A DNA stretch of 63,913 bases, the filler included, from Collodictyon triciliatum (lineage: Eukaryota): the NCBI GenBank assembly GCA_043381765.1. It is 10 parts of 10 records of this genome, joined end to end, with 100 filler letters (N's around TTAATTAATTAA, not from the genome) between each part and the next. Parts side by side here need not be neighbours in the genome. Positions count along the whole stretch, not along the records: positions 27,744 to 34,579 come from JBHJMP010004209.1; positions 34,680 to 41,513 come from JBHJMP010004210.1; 8 more parts are not named here. The stretch is one strand, 5' to 3'. Both the position numbers and the translations under genes were made by a program. The notes beneath the pieces were generated by a model. The model was given only the letters and a program-made list of their open reading frames with translations, was not told where the DNA came from and searched no databases. The first letter of the stretch is position 1, and every line of letters begins with the position of its first letter. This document shows positions 28,557 to 41,273 of the stretch, piece after piece.

Positions 28557-31062
28557 ATGCCAACGAACGCCAGTTCATCACGCAGGGAGAGGTTTGGTTT
28601 TGGTATTGCATTTTGTAATACAACACCATTCAATTGTGTCGTGATAATCCCACTTTTTGTGATGATGATGACGATGACGACGACAACGATGGTGACACTC
28701 ACAACAAAATGTTCTCTAAAGCACTATACTGGTACCAGTGAACGGTACTTTGGCATCGCATAGGGCATATTGCGCTGCTTTACAATTTTGTCAGAAAAAT
28801 ACAGTCCACTCCAAAATACATTTACTTGGAGTAGTTGAGCCCCAGAAGCGTCATATTATAAGAACTTCTGTAGTAATCGTATCCCCATCGATATAATATA
28901 TATATATAATAATTTTATTTTTTTGATTCACAATTTATGTACATATATTTCCATTTAAGAAGGGAGATATGGATGACGATTTTTGGAGAGAATCAGTGAA
29001 GTCAGTCCATTTGCTCCTACATTTTACTCGAAATTCCATCGTAAGCAATATCATATTTTTTTTTTGTATAAATTTACTTTAGACGCACGCTTCTTTTTTA
29101 AATAAAACTATTACGAAATAATCGGAGAAATATATAAAGAATATTACAAATTAGGAGGCATATGGCGTCTACGCACAGTTTACACAAGTAGATATTAAGA
29201 CAGGTAGTTTATTGTGAATGACTATTAACTATGCATGAAATTGTTACTACCTTTTATTCCACAGGACACATTAGGAGACTTTTGTTAGATGACTCTGGAC
29301 CTCCAGAAAGAACTTTCGCACCAAGTAATTGCCCCGAAAAGCAAGAAAAAGATTCTTCGCCCTATCAATATGCGATGAGAAAGAGAAGCCATACATTATC
29401 AGAGAGGACATCTTTTATCGAAGAGAGCGGGATAGGTGGCCATTTGGAGAGTTTATACAACGGTTACAACGTAAAAAAAACATTTGAAAAATAGAAAGAA
29501 TGGTTTCTTTTTTGAAAAAATAATTGAATAGCTGCAACAAAATCTAATCAATAGCAAATTAGTCCGTAGAGTACCGCTCAAAACATGGAGAAGTATTTCG
29601 ATTCAGGATTGTGGAGACAAAACTCAGCCACACTAAAAAATTGACCAAGCTGTCATTTTCAAATACTCAAGATTCAATACGCTGTTTATCATCATTGATG
29701 AAGGCATAGTTTCAATATCCATACCATAATTCTAGCAAACCTATCGTACATTCAATTTTCTTTCAAGTACCATTTAGTTCCTTCCATCAGCTGTAAAATA
29801 TTTTGAATTGGTGTGCTCTCTTACATTTCTTGAATTGAAACAAAAAGCCAGAGGCCCTATTTCTTGGGTGGAATTCTGAGGAAAGTCGAGGGCTATGGAG
29901 TATAGGGTCGATAGCTACATCTCTCATGAGGCAGGAGTACATATAAAATTGAAGATAAATCAAAGAACTTGAATTTTACACCTTTTTTTTTTTAAAAAAA
30001 AAAAAACGAAACAACTTCTGTGTTATTACAGGGATTCGGCTTACCCAGTTGTGATAGTTCCTTTTGACTCTTCTGTTCCGGTGCAAATTCAGTACAATAC
30101 ATTTCTTTTACCTATTGATGGAAGGTAATGGACTTAGTGGAATCAAGAAGCCATCTTGAAATGACTGCTTTTAGTGCATAAAGACCAGGATTTCTAAAAG
30201 TTACCCCAAAATTTTGTAAAGCTCATGTAGTGAATACTCCACAAAACAGGCCATTGATATGGCCGCTAATTTTCATGCAAAGCTGATTATGATATCAGTC
30301 ATAAAAGGTGAAGTGGACGATTATCAAATTCCCTATTTGGAATACTTATGTCTTATATTTGATGAAGTGAGTTACCATAACCCAAACCAAAACAATAATC
30401 GTAACACAACATATTCTTCATCGAATCGCTGGTTCTTCATATTATCATTCAGCGATAAATTCTGAGGAGAATGAGGCTGAAACGGGCGATTCACATGTGG
30501 ATTTTCTTACGGAAGATATTGAGCAAAAGCTGTGCGCTGATATAACGGTGAGATAAATCGGTCATATTTAAGATTTAATACAGATTCCCTGGTCGCACTG
30601 TGAGTTCATGTGAAAAAAAAAATATGAAATTCTAAGGCTGCGGAGGTCCTTCATAACCGAGCGAAAGAAATCTGCTTCCTTCGAGGAATACATCTGGTTT
30701 CCACGATAGTACATGCCCCCACGAATGCGGGTGGGTTGAAAATAATGGCTTTGAAAAATAGTTTTTTTTTTTAATATTCATATGTTTTGGTTAAAAAAAA
30801 TCGACACAATTTAGAAACGAAAAAAAGGCATATCTTTATTTTTCTTTTAACTAATTAAAAAAAACCCATAAAAGTTGATGTCATCATCGATATGACAGAG
30901 AGAGCTCAAATAGACTTGATAATTATGGGGAGCCATGGAAGACGTAGGATTAGTCGATTGATACATGGTTCTATTACAGAGGATGTATTGCGCAAGACAA
31001 AGGTCCCTTTGTACACTTTGAATCCATATTCGTCCAACCCAAACGAAACCCACGAATATTGA
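28557..31062 (+). CDS. Universal stress protein (USP) family, two tandem USP domains; multi-exon, some junctions tentative
   Basis: Domain 1: 'TILVPVNGTLASHRAYCAAL...IHLLGVVEP' to 'GSIATSLMRDSAYPVVIVP'. Domain 2: 'FLLPIDG...AIDMAANFHAKLIMISV' to 'IDLIIMGSHGRRRISRLIHGSITEDVLRKTKVPLYTL'. Stop TGA at 31060-31062. Confidence 0.8.
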
Positions 31063-31328
31063 TGAATAAAATTAAAATAATAATAATAATGCGCTGCTAA
31101 TTATACCATCTTTCCAAGATTAAAAAAGGACAATTAAAAAAGAGCCACCGCACCTGTCAATAATTAAAAGATGCACAAAATTGATAAGAAAATGCAAAAA
31201 GCTATTTTTTTATTCATCACTCATGACAAGTTATTCACAAGAGATTCAAAAGCAAATGAGATAATAGTGTTTTAAAAAAATGGACATATGCACCTTCCTT
31301 TCACTTAAGAAAAAATTATCTTCCCCTT

Positions 31329-31878
31329 CATGTATGTATGTATGTATGTATGTATGTATGTATGTATGTATGTATGTATGTATGTATGTATGTATGTATG
31401 TATGTATGTATGTATGTATGTATGTATGTATGTATGTATGTATNNNNNNNNNNNNNNNNNNNNNNNNNNNNNNNNNNNNNNNNNNNNNNNNNNNNNNNNN
31501 NNNNNNNNNNNNNNNNNNNNNNNNNNNNNNNNNNNNNNNNNNNNNNNNNNNNNNNNNNNNNNNNNNNNNNNNNNNNNNNNNNNNNNNNNNNNNNNNNNNN
31601 NNNNNNNNNNNNNNNNNNNNNNNNNNNNNNNNNNNNNNNNNNNNNNNNNNNNNNNNNNNNNNNNNNNNNNNNNGTATGTATGTATGTATGTATGTATGTA
31701 TGTATGTATGTATGTATGTATGTATGTATGTATGTATGTATGTATGTATGTATGTATGTATGTATGTGTATGTATAAGTAGTGAATGAATGAATGAATGA
31801 ATGAATGAATGAATGAATGAATGAATGGATGGGTGGATGGGTGGATGGGTGGATGGGTGGATGGGTGGATGGATGGAT
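31329..31878 (+). repeat. Compound microsatellite (TATG)n - gap - (TATG)n (GAAT)n (GGAT/GGGT)n
   Basis: Seen directly in the sequence. Confidence 0.95.
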
Positions 31879-32569
31879 GATTTTTTTCCCTTTATTCGAT
31901 TCAAAGTGTAGCGAGGTTGTGCCATACAAAGGGGCGGGATGGGAGCGCATGCGAGAGAGCAAACGCGAGTAGGAGAAGACACTACCGTGGAGAGGGTAGC
32001 ACTGGAAAGAAGTCAGTGATAGCGAGTTGGTCAATGGGTGGATGGATAATAAATACCAAATTCACCTTAAAATTAGAATAATATCAACAATCAAAAGGTT
32101 TGCGCGCAGTGGTCCTTGTATATTTTCATTGATTAATCAACCCCTGATTACCGAACTTACTGAATGACAAACCGGCAAACTCTAGGTGATGCTTTTTTTA
32201 TTTATAGTATATTAAAAAAAAAAAAAAAAAAAAGCATCACTAAGATGTTCCGCATACGGCGATACAGCTGACCGGACAACGCAATTTAAAAAACCGCCAA
32301 TATGCTCCAGATTTGGATTATAAATGCGGAAAGTATAATAATTATTGATTTTTAATAATTTATATTGCGTTTTTGTTCTATTAATTGTTCACAATCGATA
32401 TATTATATAATAATATAATATATACGGTTTAACATGGACACCACAAACATGAACATATTTGGGAGGTTGGTGGGACTGAATTCGAAATTATTTCTGCTTT
32501 CCAAAGAATCAGAAAAAAGGCAGAAATGGTGAAATTACAAAGAACTAGAGAATTCTAGAAATCAACAGT

Positions 32570-34579
32570 AAAATCATGGGTATATGTATACCCGCACCAA
32601 CACCTCCTTCTTTGTCTCGAAGAAAAGGGCACAATTATCTACATCTACTACGCCCAACCCGAGGATTCCAGCGCCAAGCAAAGCCAAGAACAAAACCCAA
32701 CCAAGGACACAGGAAATCCAAAAAAAAAAATGTCCGCCAAAAACTCCGCCAGATCTCAAACCCCGAGACTCCAAACACGTACAGTCGACAACCCGGCAGC
32801 TTCCAGACCCGGAAGCCGACAAACCAGCATCGACTCCCTTCCAGCCATCCGAACCCCGAACGCCCCGCTTCTCCGCTCACGCGGCGCTCCGAGGACGCTA
32901 TCAGACGAGTCACTTCCACCACTTGTCGCTACAGGGGCTACCCGCAAGCAGCTACCGAGGGCGATTTTCCAGACCCCTGTCTCCCTATTTGGCAGCCAGG
33001 ACTCATTCTCAGGGAGTGATTCCGACTCAGAGAACGACATCGCATATAGTTTACCAGTCCGTATGCGGACGCGCAACGGCAGCCTGGCCCCGACCGCCTG
33101 AGTGCAATGCGCTCGACCCCACACAAGGGAGAATTCCCTAGAACCTGTATCTCTACTCCCATCAACCAACCCAAACCTCCGTAGTAACATCTTCCAACAA
33201 CGTACTTCGTGCCTACCCAGTATATCTACGGGCTTTCTTTCTCATCTGCCCGACTACTTCTGGCTTTAATTACCCTAATAAAAACTGTAACCTACAAGAA
33301 GACTCCGTGAAACGAAGGGCATGTAAAACCACCGCCCTCCTACGCGCCCAATTGCCGAATACCGAGTGCTAAAACTAAACCGTTGTGGTGACTCAGGATA
33401 ACACGAGAACTGCTGTACGTTTTGGAATGCCATAGAGCCATGACCCTTATTGCGGCAAAAGCTCACCAAATACAGAATGAGTGCAAACGTCCGCTGGAAA
33501 GCCTGAGCGGTGGTTCCAGGGCATCGCCTCTCACACATGACAACTTTGCCCGGCATCTGGGGGATGTCGAAGCAGACGAGAGAGAAAGGGAAGAAAAGGA
33601 GGAAGTAGTATCGAAAGAGAAAAAAAAAAAAGGGGGGGAGGGGGGCGGTCTTCCCAAATCAAAACACGGGAACTAGCACGAGTCGTTTCTCAGCAGAGTC
33701 AGCGAACGCTAGATGTAGAAAAAAAAAGGTGCATCGAAAGGTGTGCACTTACTATGTCATCAGGCTTCCTCCTCGGTTTTATTCCACCATAAACGAAACT
33801 CCAATGAAGGCAGGGACGATGACGGGCGTCAGCCTTTGCAAACACATGCCTACTTTAGTAGACCGAGCCTTCTTGACCATAAATACCCTCATATACCAGC
33901 CAGGACTATCCCCAAAGTTGCACAATTACCCAATACCACGCTGGGGGCAAAGTGGAATGGCATTTCTGAAGCCTGCTGGAAGTCGTTCACTCCAGGCCCA
34001 AGCCAACCGGACAAAGTCCAGGGAGGGATAAAGAATATCGAAGCAGACACTATATCAAAGGAATGTGGCTATGGGCGTCAGCTACCAAGGGTATTAACAT
34101 CCTCACGCTAAGTAGTGGAAGCATATTGGCGCCTAATAAGCCCCCTTAAGGTGCAAAGGCTCCTCAGGACATTCTTCCTTCGATGAACGCTGTTCGGAGG
34201 ATCACGGGTAGTGCTTTACACTCTGTCTATGGGAAGCTCAGCTTGGGAAAACACTTCAGCGATTAGTTACGGACTGAAACACACAAATACTTTGGTTAGG
34301 TCTGGCGTGTAGTGTTTGCTGTGGCGAGTTTTATTATGTTGGGATAGGCTAGCTGGTCGAGCATTGAGCGGCGGGTGAGAGGGAGGCTCGGCATATCGGT
34401 TGACCTGTGATTGAGAAGGATCTTCGTTAGTAGGGTGCTCTGTTTGAATTTGTCATGATGAAAAGGCTTGGGAGTGGCTCGCTCTTTGCTCAGATCAAGA
34501 AGAATCAACACAGTTGTGGATATTAAATTGATGTCGTTCAGACGGCTCTTCCAAAAATTCATCGTTGCTATTGAGAGCG
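32570..34579. other. Unassigned, relatively GC-rich, intron-free stretch with short broken ORFs; possibly a decayed mobile element
   Basis: Composition differs from the surrounding introns. A Ser/Pro/Arg-rich 123-aa ORF (32730-33101) follows an A-rich leader and is followed by stop-interrupted frames. No RT, integrase or transposase motif was recognised. Confidence 0.25.
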
Positions 34580-34679
34580 NNNNNNNNNNNNNNNNNNNNN
34601 NNNNNNNNNNNNNNNNNNNNNNNTTAATTAATTAANNNNNNNNNNNNNNNNNNNNNNNNNNNNNNNNNNNNNNNNNNNN

Positions 34680-34808
34680 AATAAAAAACAATAAAAAACA
34701 ATAAAAAACAATAAAAAACAATAAAAAACAATAAAAAACAATAAAAAACAATAAAAAACAATAAAAAACAATAAAAAACAATAAAAACAATAAAACAATA
34801 AAACAATA
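34680..34808 (+). repeat. (AATAAAAAAC)n 10-nt tandem repeat upstream of CHFR
   Basis: Seen directly in the sequence. Confidence 0.9.
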
Positions 34809-34932
34809 AAAATTCTGCAGTTAGAAAATAGTTGGAACTTAAATTGAACATCAAGCTTTCATACATATATAAATCCAACCTTTGTGGTTGGTGCTGAGAC
34901 TACTTTCCGTCTTCCCTAGCCGAAAACTCAAA

Positions 34933-37900
34933 ATGCAGACATCAGACACAAACACCAAAGCATGGGGATTATTGGAGGCCAAAATCGACTCCCTGAAGTC
35001 TCTTGAGCTAACAGGAGAGGTTTGTCAAAGCCATTGATTACATATTTTTATGTTCAACTCCGCTTACAATTCATTACTTTTTGGCAGTCTGTCTTGACGA
35101 TGGGGCGGAGCACTGAATGCCACCCAGATTTCACGTTTCCATCGGTAAAGAAGATCAGTCAAGTGCACTGCACGGTTTTCAGAAAGCAAAGCGAAGACGG
35201 AAAAACATATACATTTCTAGAGGATAAAAGGTTCACGCTTGGGTCTTTCCAAACGACCTTATTTGCTTTCCTATTCTCGTGCAACAAAACAAAAGTTCAT
35301 CATACGTTCCTGAGGCCAGCTCCCAGACATATTGTTTGTAAATACGCTTTGAGGACTGATTTCTATTGAAATAGCTCGAATGGAACATTCGTAAATGGGA
35401 AGCGTGTTGGGAAAGGAATACTGTATTCGCTAAAGGACGGTGATTACATCTCCCTCACTTTGACAAAGAATGCAGATTACTCAGATGGTTTGTCACATCT
35501 ATTTTATTCCTGCTTCAAAATTTTCATTCTTGTGGCCATGAGGAAGAATTTAGTGCCAATATTTCTCCATCACAATTCATTTGGGGTTTTATTCTTCATC
35601 CGCAATATGCAACAAGTACAGCTGCGGTACTCTACAAGTTCCAAGACTTGACTCTTCCAAAGAAGCCAATTGAGCGCTACGACTCCAATGCAACCGAACC
35701 TGATGTTTGATTTCTAAATATGAGATTCAAGAGACCTGAATATTTGTGTACCTTATTCTCGATTTCTGTGTAATTTCTTTTAAAATGAATATGATTCCCA
35801 CACTGGGTTGAAAATGTAAACAGATTGTCTTTGACCATTTAAAACACCACTAGAGCGACACAGCAACAGAGCCGCTAGATGAACAGTCGGTAGGCGCAAC
35901 AGAACAAGTGTGCAATTCTTTTTCTTGCTTTTTATATAGTACCACAGAAGAATATTTTACCATAATGCGCTTCAGAGAATCGTTCTATCTTCCATTTTGA
36001 ATTTATGTCTTAATTTCATTGTTTAATGGTCCTTTATCTCTTACCTTTCAACTGCCGTAGGACGGGGCACGAGCTGTGAACCTCCCTGAGGCACAATCGC
36101 CTTGTGTTGAGGAAAATCTATGCGAACCAAAGACAGAGCCAAAAAGTGTTCCAAAGTCAGATTTAGATGAGAGCAACATAACAGAAGCAAAATCAAGTAC
36201 CACAACCGAAGTAAAAGCAGAAACCAAAGCAGAAACCAAAGCAGAAACCAAAGCAGAAACCAAAGCAGAAACCAAAGCAGAAACCAAAGCAGAAACCAAA
36301 GTCGAATCCAAGCCTGTGGCTGAGAGCTCAGTAAGCTAATAAGTTTCATATTTATGATTGCTATTAATGTGGAGCTTTATCATTAATTTTTATTTTCCCC
36401 AGTCCACTGATATCGAAGCTGAAATCACTTGTGGCATCTGTTTCGAAGTCCTGTATGGCTAATCTCATTCCATTTTCTTCTTCCTGTCTCTTTTTCTTTT
36501 TCTCTTCTACCTTTTTTCTTTTTTAAGTATTACCTATATTCTCAATCATTTACCTCCCATTGAGAAAAGTGTAACTGAGGCAGTATTCATCCGAATGGTT
36601 TACTATCGTATTTTCTTTTCATATTTTTGCTGTTTTCTAGCAACCTTGCTATTTTCTCATGAAAAAGAATCGCTACCAATCGTTACGCTTTTTTTTTTAT
36701 TACCAAATACAGATATCGCTGTGTTAGTTGCATTCCATGTTTACACAATTTCTGCTCTCCCTGCTTTTCTGATTGGATGATAAAGGGGAACACGTGTCCA
36801 GAGTGTCGTGTTCGCGTTAAAGAGGTATGCGTTTGTTTTGGCAATTATGTTGAAAGGCGCAAACGATGTCAGTTTTCTGTTTCCTCGGTGGGATGTTTTG
36901 ATACATGCCATCGAATATCAACCACATCAACTCTGCTTTTATGTCCTACCATTTCTCAGGTTCAAAGAAATCATGCAATCGCAAATATTGTCGACCGTTT
37001 CCTTGTGGCCAATCCAAGTCGCGCGCCAACGGAGGAAAATAAGAAGCAAATGGATTCTAGGGACAAAATAACATCGGATCATGTTTGTAGCATTCATTCT
37101 AAATTATTATTTACAAATCTTCGACACCATTTCTTCCACCAATTTTACTCTAACATCCACTATGTCTTTTTATTTTTATTATTATTCCTTGCTCGCTCAA
37201 GCCTTTTCATAAGAGCCACTAAATTATACTATATAAAGTTCAAATTGGAAAAGAAGAGGAAAAGGCGGTATAATTATGATGAAGATGACGAAGATGAGGA
37301 TGAAGACGAGTACGAAGATGAAGACGACGACGATGACGAAGGGGGTCACCAGCCGTTCAGACCACCATTCTTTGGATTTCTTAACCAGGCCACGGTGAAA
37401 TGTAGAGAGTGCACCGTACCAGGTTTGTTGCTTCGCTCAATGCATTTCCTCTTCAATTTCGTTATATGATGTCGTGTAGTTGCTCTGAATGAATAGTTTT
37501 TTGTCATGTTTTTGAGCGTGAGTGTTCCTAACCACTTTCGTCGCAACCACCTGACAGGAAAAGATGGGTTTCAATGTCCTCCTGTGAATCCTCTGCACTT
37601 AAATTGTGCAGTAAGCCATATTTAATTTAGTGCTCCCCATTCTTTCACATTTTCTGATAACCACAAAAAGTATTCTGCAAGTCAAACCTCTTCCACTAGA
37701 TCATAGTTACTTTTTTGTTGCATGATTTAACATGTACTTCATCTCACCCACTTGCTCCTCTCATTTCTGCTGGAATAATTTTGAAATTAGAACGCTTGTA
37801 CAACTCCTTATCATATACTGTCTCTGTAGTTCTGCCAAGGGTTGATGCCAAACCGCCCGGATAATGCAATAGCTCAAAGATGTAGCATTCTTAATTTTTT

Positions 37901-39491
37901 TTCTCGTCTCTTACTTTCTTCCATTTAAAAAAATATGAAAAAGCGAATTATTTTTGTTTCTCTAAATATTCCTAGACAAAATGATTATTTCTCCCTGTCT
38001 CATACTTCCTCACACCGCAGCTCGCTTCTCGAATTCGCCACTGACTGAATTTATCTTCTCTCGCAATCTAGGCGACTTATGCTTCCAAGTCTGTTGCGAC
38101 CTTTACTTTGGTTGTACATCACCACAAGGCCGCAACTTCCTTCGCAAAATCACGGAGCACACGCCAGTCATCCCGCCCAGAGTTTGTGATTCGCATGTTG
38201 CTCTGTTCATTTCTCTCGCTTCTCGTTACATGTTTGCTGAGCGCCTTTCCTGATCAGCTTGGTTCTTGCCCCATATGTCGCTGGATTACTTCTTGCTTTA
38301 TTTTTGTTTTAAAAGAAAAAGATATTTATATATAAAGGAAATATTGAAGGAAAACTCTTGACGCTTAAATATGTAGTCACTGCTGCGTTCTGACCCTGAG
38401 ACAAAGATATTGCTTGATTATGTAAGTCTTAATTTTAAGTATATTATTGTAGTACTTATTCTTTATTCATACTTTTTTCATTTTGTTTGCATTTAGATTG
38501 CATCAAAGTCATTGACAACAAAGGACATTTTGGAGATAGTCTTGAAAAAAGTCGACTCCAAAGAATTCACATACGGTGCGTGTAAACCTTCGACCCCCTT
38601 TTTTATGTAATAATATAATAGATTATAATCACAAAACGGTGTGTTCGTTCATATCGAAAGTTGTTCAAATCCTATTCAAATACCATTCATTTCCTTTTAT
38701 GAATCCTGTGTTTTTCATGATACCCGACCATATTCACCCCTATTTCTCCTCAACGTAAAAAAACAGGACTATTTGTCGGTTTATGCCTTTGGGTGTATCT
38801 TTTTATTATTTTTATTAAACAAAATTCTTGTGATTAACAGAGGAAAAAGCCAACCCGATGGGAATGGTGACAGCTCATGTATTCGGATTGCAGCCAACAA
38901 GGAAGCCTGTGTCATCGGGTGCTTACTTTATCGCTATGATAATCACAAGAACAATCACAAGAACAATGACAATGACTATCACTTAATCCCTTGGACACAA
39001 CAGTCCCATTTTGTTTTATCTAACCTTTCATGCTCCTTTCATGCACCTTTGCTGGCAGATATTGTAACGTGTCTTGTCTGCGCGCAACGTGTTCTGCTGA
39101 ACCTGCTTTACCAGTATCGCGAGTCCATCGACAGCGATCTCCCAGCAAACGTGTGCCTCACAATTTGCTCATTGATTAATTACTGTTATTTTTTTCATTA
39201 TTTCCTTAATGTTTCTCGTGGATTCAAAAACTCCATTACGATTGGTGAACACCGTTCCTCTGTCGCAGAGTCTAACTGAACGATTCCCAAACAAACAAAC
39301 AAACAAACAAACAAACAAACAAACAAACAAACAAACAAACAAACAAACAAACAAACAAACAAACAAACAAACAAACAAACAAACAGGTAAAAAAACCAAA
39401 CTGCTGGTACGGTCAAGAATGTCGCACACAGTACACTAACCCGGAGCATGCAAAGCGACTCAACCACATATGCCCAAACACAAAACCGTAA
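34933..39491 (+). CDS. CHFR: CHFR-type E3 ubiquitin ligase: FHA, RING, cysteine-rich domain and C-terminal PBZ
   Basis: FHA: 'MGRS...ISQVHC...LEDKSSNGTFVNG'. RING: 'ITCGICFEVLYRCVSCIPCLHNFCSPCFSDWM..GNTCPECR'. Also 'RNHAIANIVDRFL' and 'LLYQYRESI'. PBZ: 'PNCWYGQECRTQYTNPEHAKRLNHICPNTKP*'. Confidence 0.9.
36214..36300 (+). repeat. In-frame 12-nt coding tandem repeat (AAAGCAGAAACC) encoding (KAET)n inside the CHFR linker
   Basis: About seven consecutive copies are visible in the exon starting at 36061. Confidence 0.9.
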
Positions 39492-39590
39492 GCACCATCA
39501 CCATCACCATCACCATCACCATCACCATCACCATCACCATCACCATCACCATCACCATCACCATCACCATCACCATCACCATCACCATCA
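39289..39590 (+). repeat. (AAAC)n and (CACCAT)n microsatellites directly flanking the last CHFR coding exon
   Basis: (AAAC)n spans 39289-39385 and (CACCAT)n spans 39493-39590. Confidence 0.93.
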
Positions 39591-39923
39591 CAATCCATCA
39601 TACCAATTACGATTTCCACCAAAATAGGAAATAGCACGACGAAACACTGTTGAGTTATCCACATAAAGACACCGTTAATTCCAGCTTTGTTTGATTGACA
39701 TTCGGTGCGAATGCGGCGATCCGATCGAGCAGATTTTTNNNNNNNNNNNNNNNNNNNNNNNNNNNNNNNNNNNNNNNNNNNNNNNNNNNNNNNNNNNNNN
39801 NNNNNNNNNNNNNNNNNNNNNNNNNNNNNNNNNNNNNNNNNNNNNNNNNNNNNNNNNNNNNNNNNNNNNNNNNNNNNNNNNNNNNNNNNNNNNNNNNNNN
39901 NNNNNNNNNNNNNNNNNNNNNNN

Positions 39924-41273
39924 AAAAAAAAGAAAAAAAAAAGGAAGGAAAAAAGAAAGTGACAAAAGATGAACTTGAAGAGCAAAGAGCACCTCGCAGT
40001 CATGAGAGCCACATTTCTTCAGTATCCTTTGTCCCTCCTTTTGTTTTTTCCCTGCCCCTTCAGTATATTTCCCACGAACCCATAGCGTAGGCACGCGGCT
40101 GACTGCGAGGGAAACTCCAGAAACTAAACAGCCCCAAACTTCTCCTCAACAAGCTTACCTTTAACCAACAGGTCGATCGAATGCCGCCCCCGCAGAAAAC
40201 CTCTCCGTCAAGGTGGGGTCACTTCTCTCCTCTCTACATTCTTCCTTTTCTTCTTCTTTCATTCACGCTTTATTTTCACTTTCTCATGAAAGGATCCAAG
40301 GACTCGCCGCTTCTCCCACAAAATCTCAGCTTGTGTCATTCCAAACTATTCCCTTGCAAAACACTCCAAGGCATGCTTTGCTCATAATGCTCCTTTTTTC
40401 GATCGAAACAGAGCGGACCTCAGCGAAACATCAGAAGGAGCGAAAGAGACAGTTCTTCCATCTCGCGAAAAGAAGGATGATCGAGACAAGACAGTGACTC
40501 TCGTGGTAACCATCCTATCCAGCATAGGTACTAACCTTAACTGTAAAAATCTTGAGAAAAAAAACAAAACTCTCCAAACGAACTAAATACCACCTACATA
40601 AGATGAAATAGAAACTAAAGAAAAAAAGAAAAAAGGTCTATTTATGTTATAATAAAAAAGTAATATTTAAAAATATCATAAGATTCATTATACACATTGA
40701 AGTAATAAATAACCAAGCAAAAACAACGTAAAAATCAACCTACATTTTATCATGCTAATTATTGTCACGTTGTTATCTTAGATGCGGACTATCGAAATGA
40801 TTTACTTGGAGTTCGCCCAGGAACGTCGGACTCGATGGCAGCTACAATGGAATCTGAAGCGGCTGTGACGTTCGCCACTTCCTCGATGAACTTGTCTGTC
40901 GATCCCGACCCGAAAAAAGGCGCGACTAAGCAGAAAACAGGTAATAGTACATCACATTAGAATACCTCCAAGAACAAGACATTGAAAACATTATATTTAC
41001 AAAAAAAAAAGAACGAATAAATGATACTTCTTAGCCTGTGAATAGCAATCGCTTGTGGAAGACTTTCCCTAAACAATTTTTTTTTTTTATCGAATCATAC
41101 ATTTTCATACACACATTTTGACTCATGTCCAGTTTATTCACCGCCTATACATTCATGGCGCAGCATCCACAGGGAAACAGTCACCAGTACCGCCAGCAAC
41201 AAAAAAAGCCGCTCCTGCAGCAAAAAGTGCAAAGTCTGAAGAAAAAGGGAAAAAAGCGCCAGATTTGAAGTAG
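39924..41273 (+). CDS. 3' exons of an unknown low-complexity Lys/Ser/Pro-rich protein (5' part in N gap)
   Basis: Phase-compatible exons run '...RAPRSHESHISS|VDRMPPPQKTSPS|...|DADYRNDLLGVRPG...|ASTGKQSPVPPATKKAAPAAKSAKSEEKGKKAPDLK*'. No family was recognised. Confidence 0.5.
40022..40171 (+). other. Candidate U12-type GT-AG intron
   Basis: The 5' end GTATCCTTT is an exact U12 donor consensus. The 3' end is CTTACCTTTAACCAACAG. Removal keeps frame (ISS|VDR). Confidence 0.6.

Noticed and set aside
29925-29945. Second GC donor in the USP gene
   Set aside because: A phase-compatible GT donor (GA|GTACAT) lies 6 nt downstream, so GC is not required.
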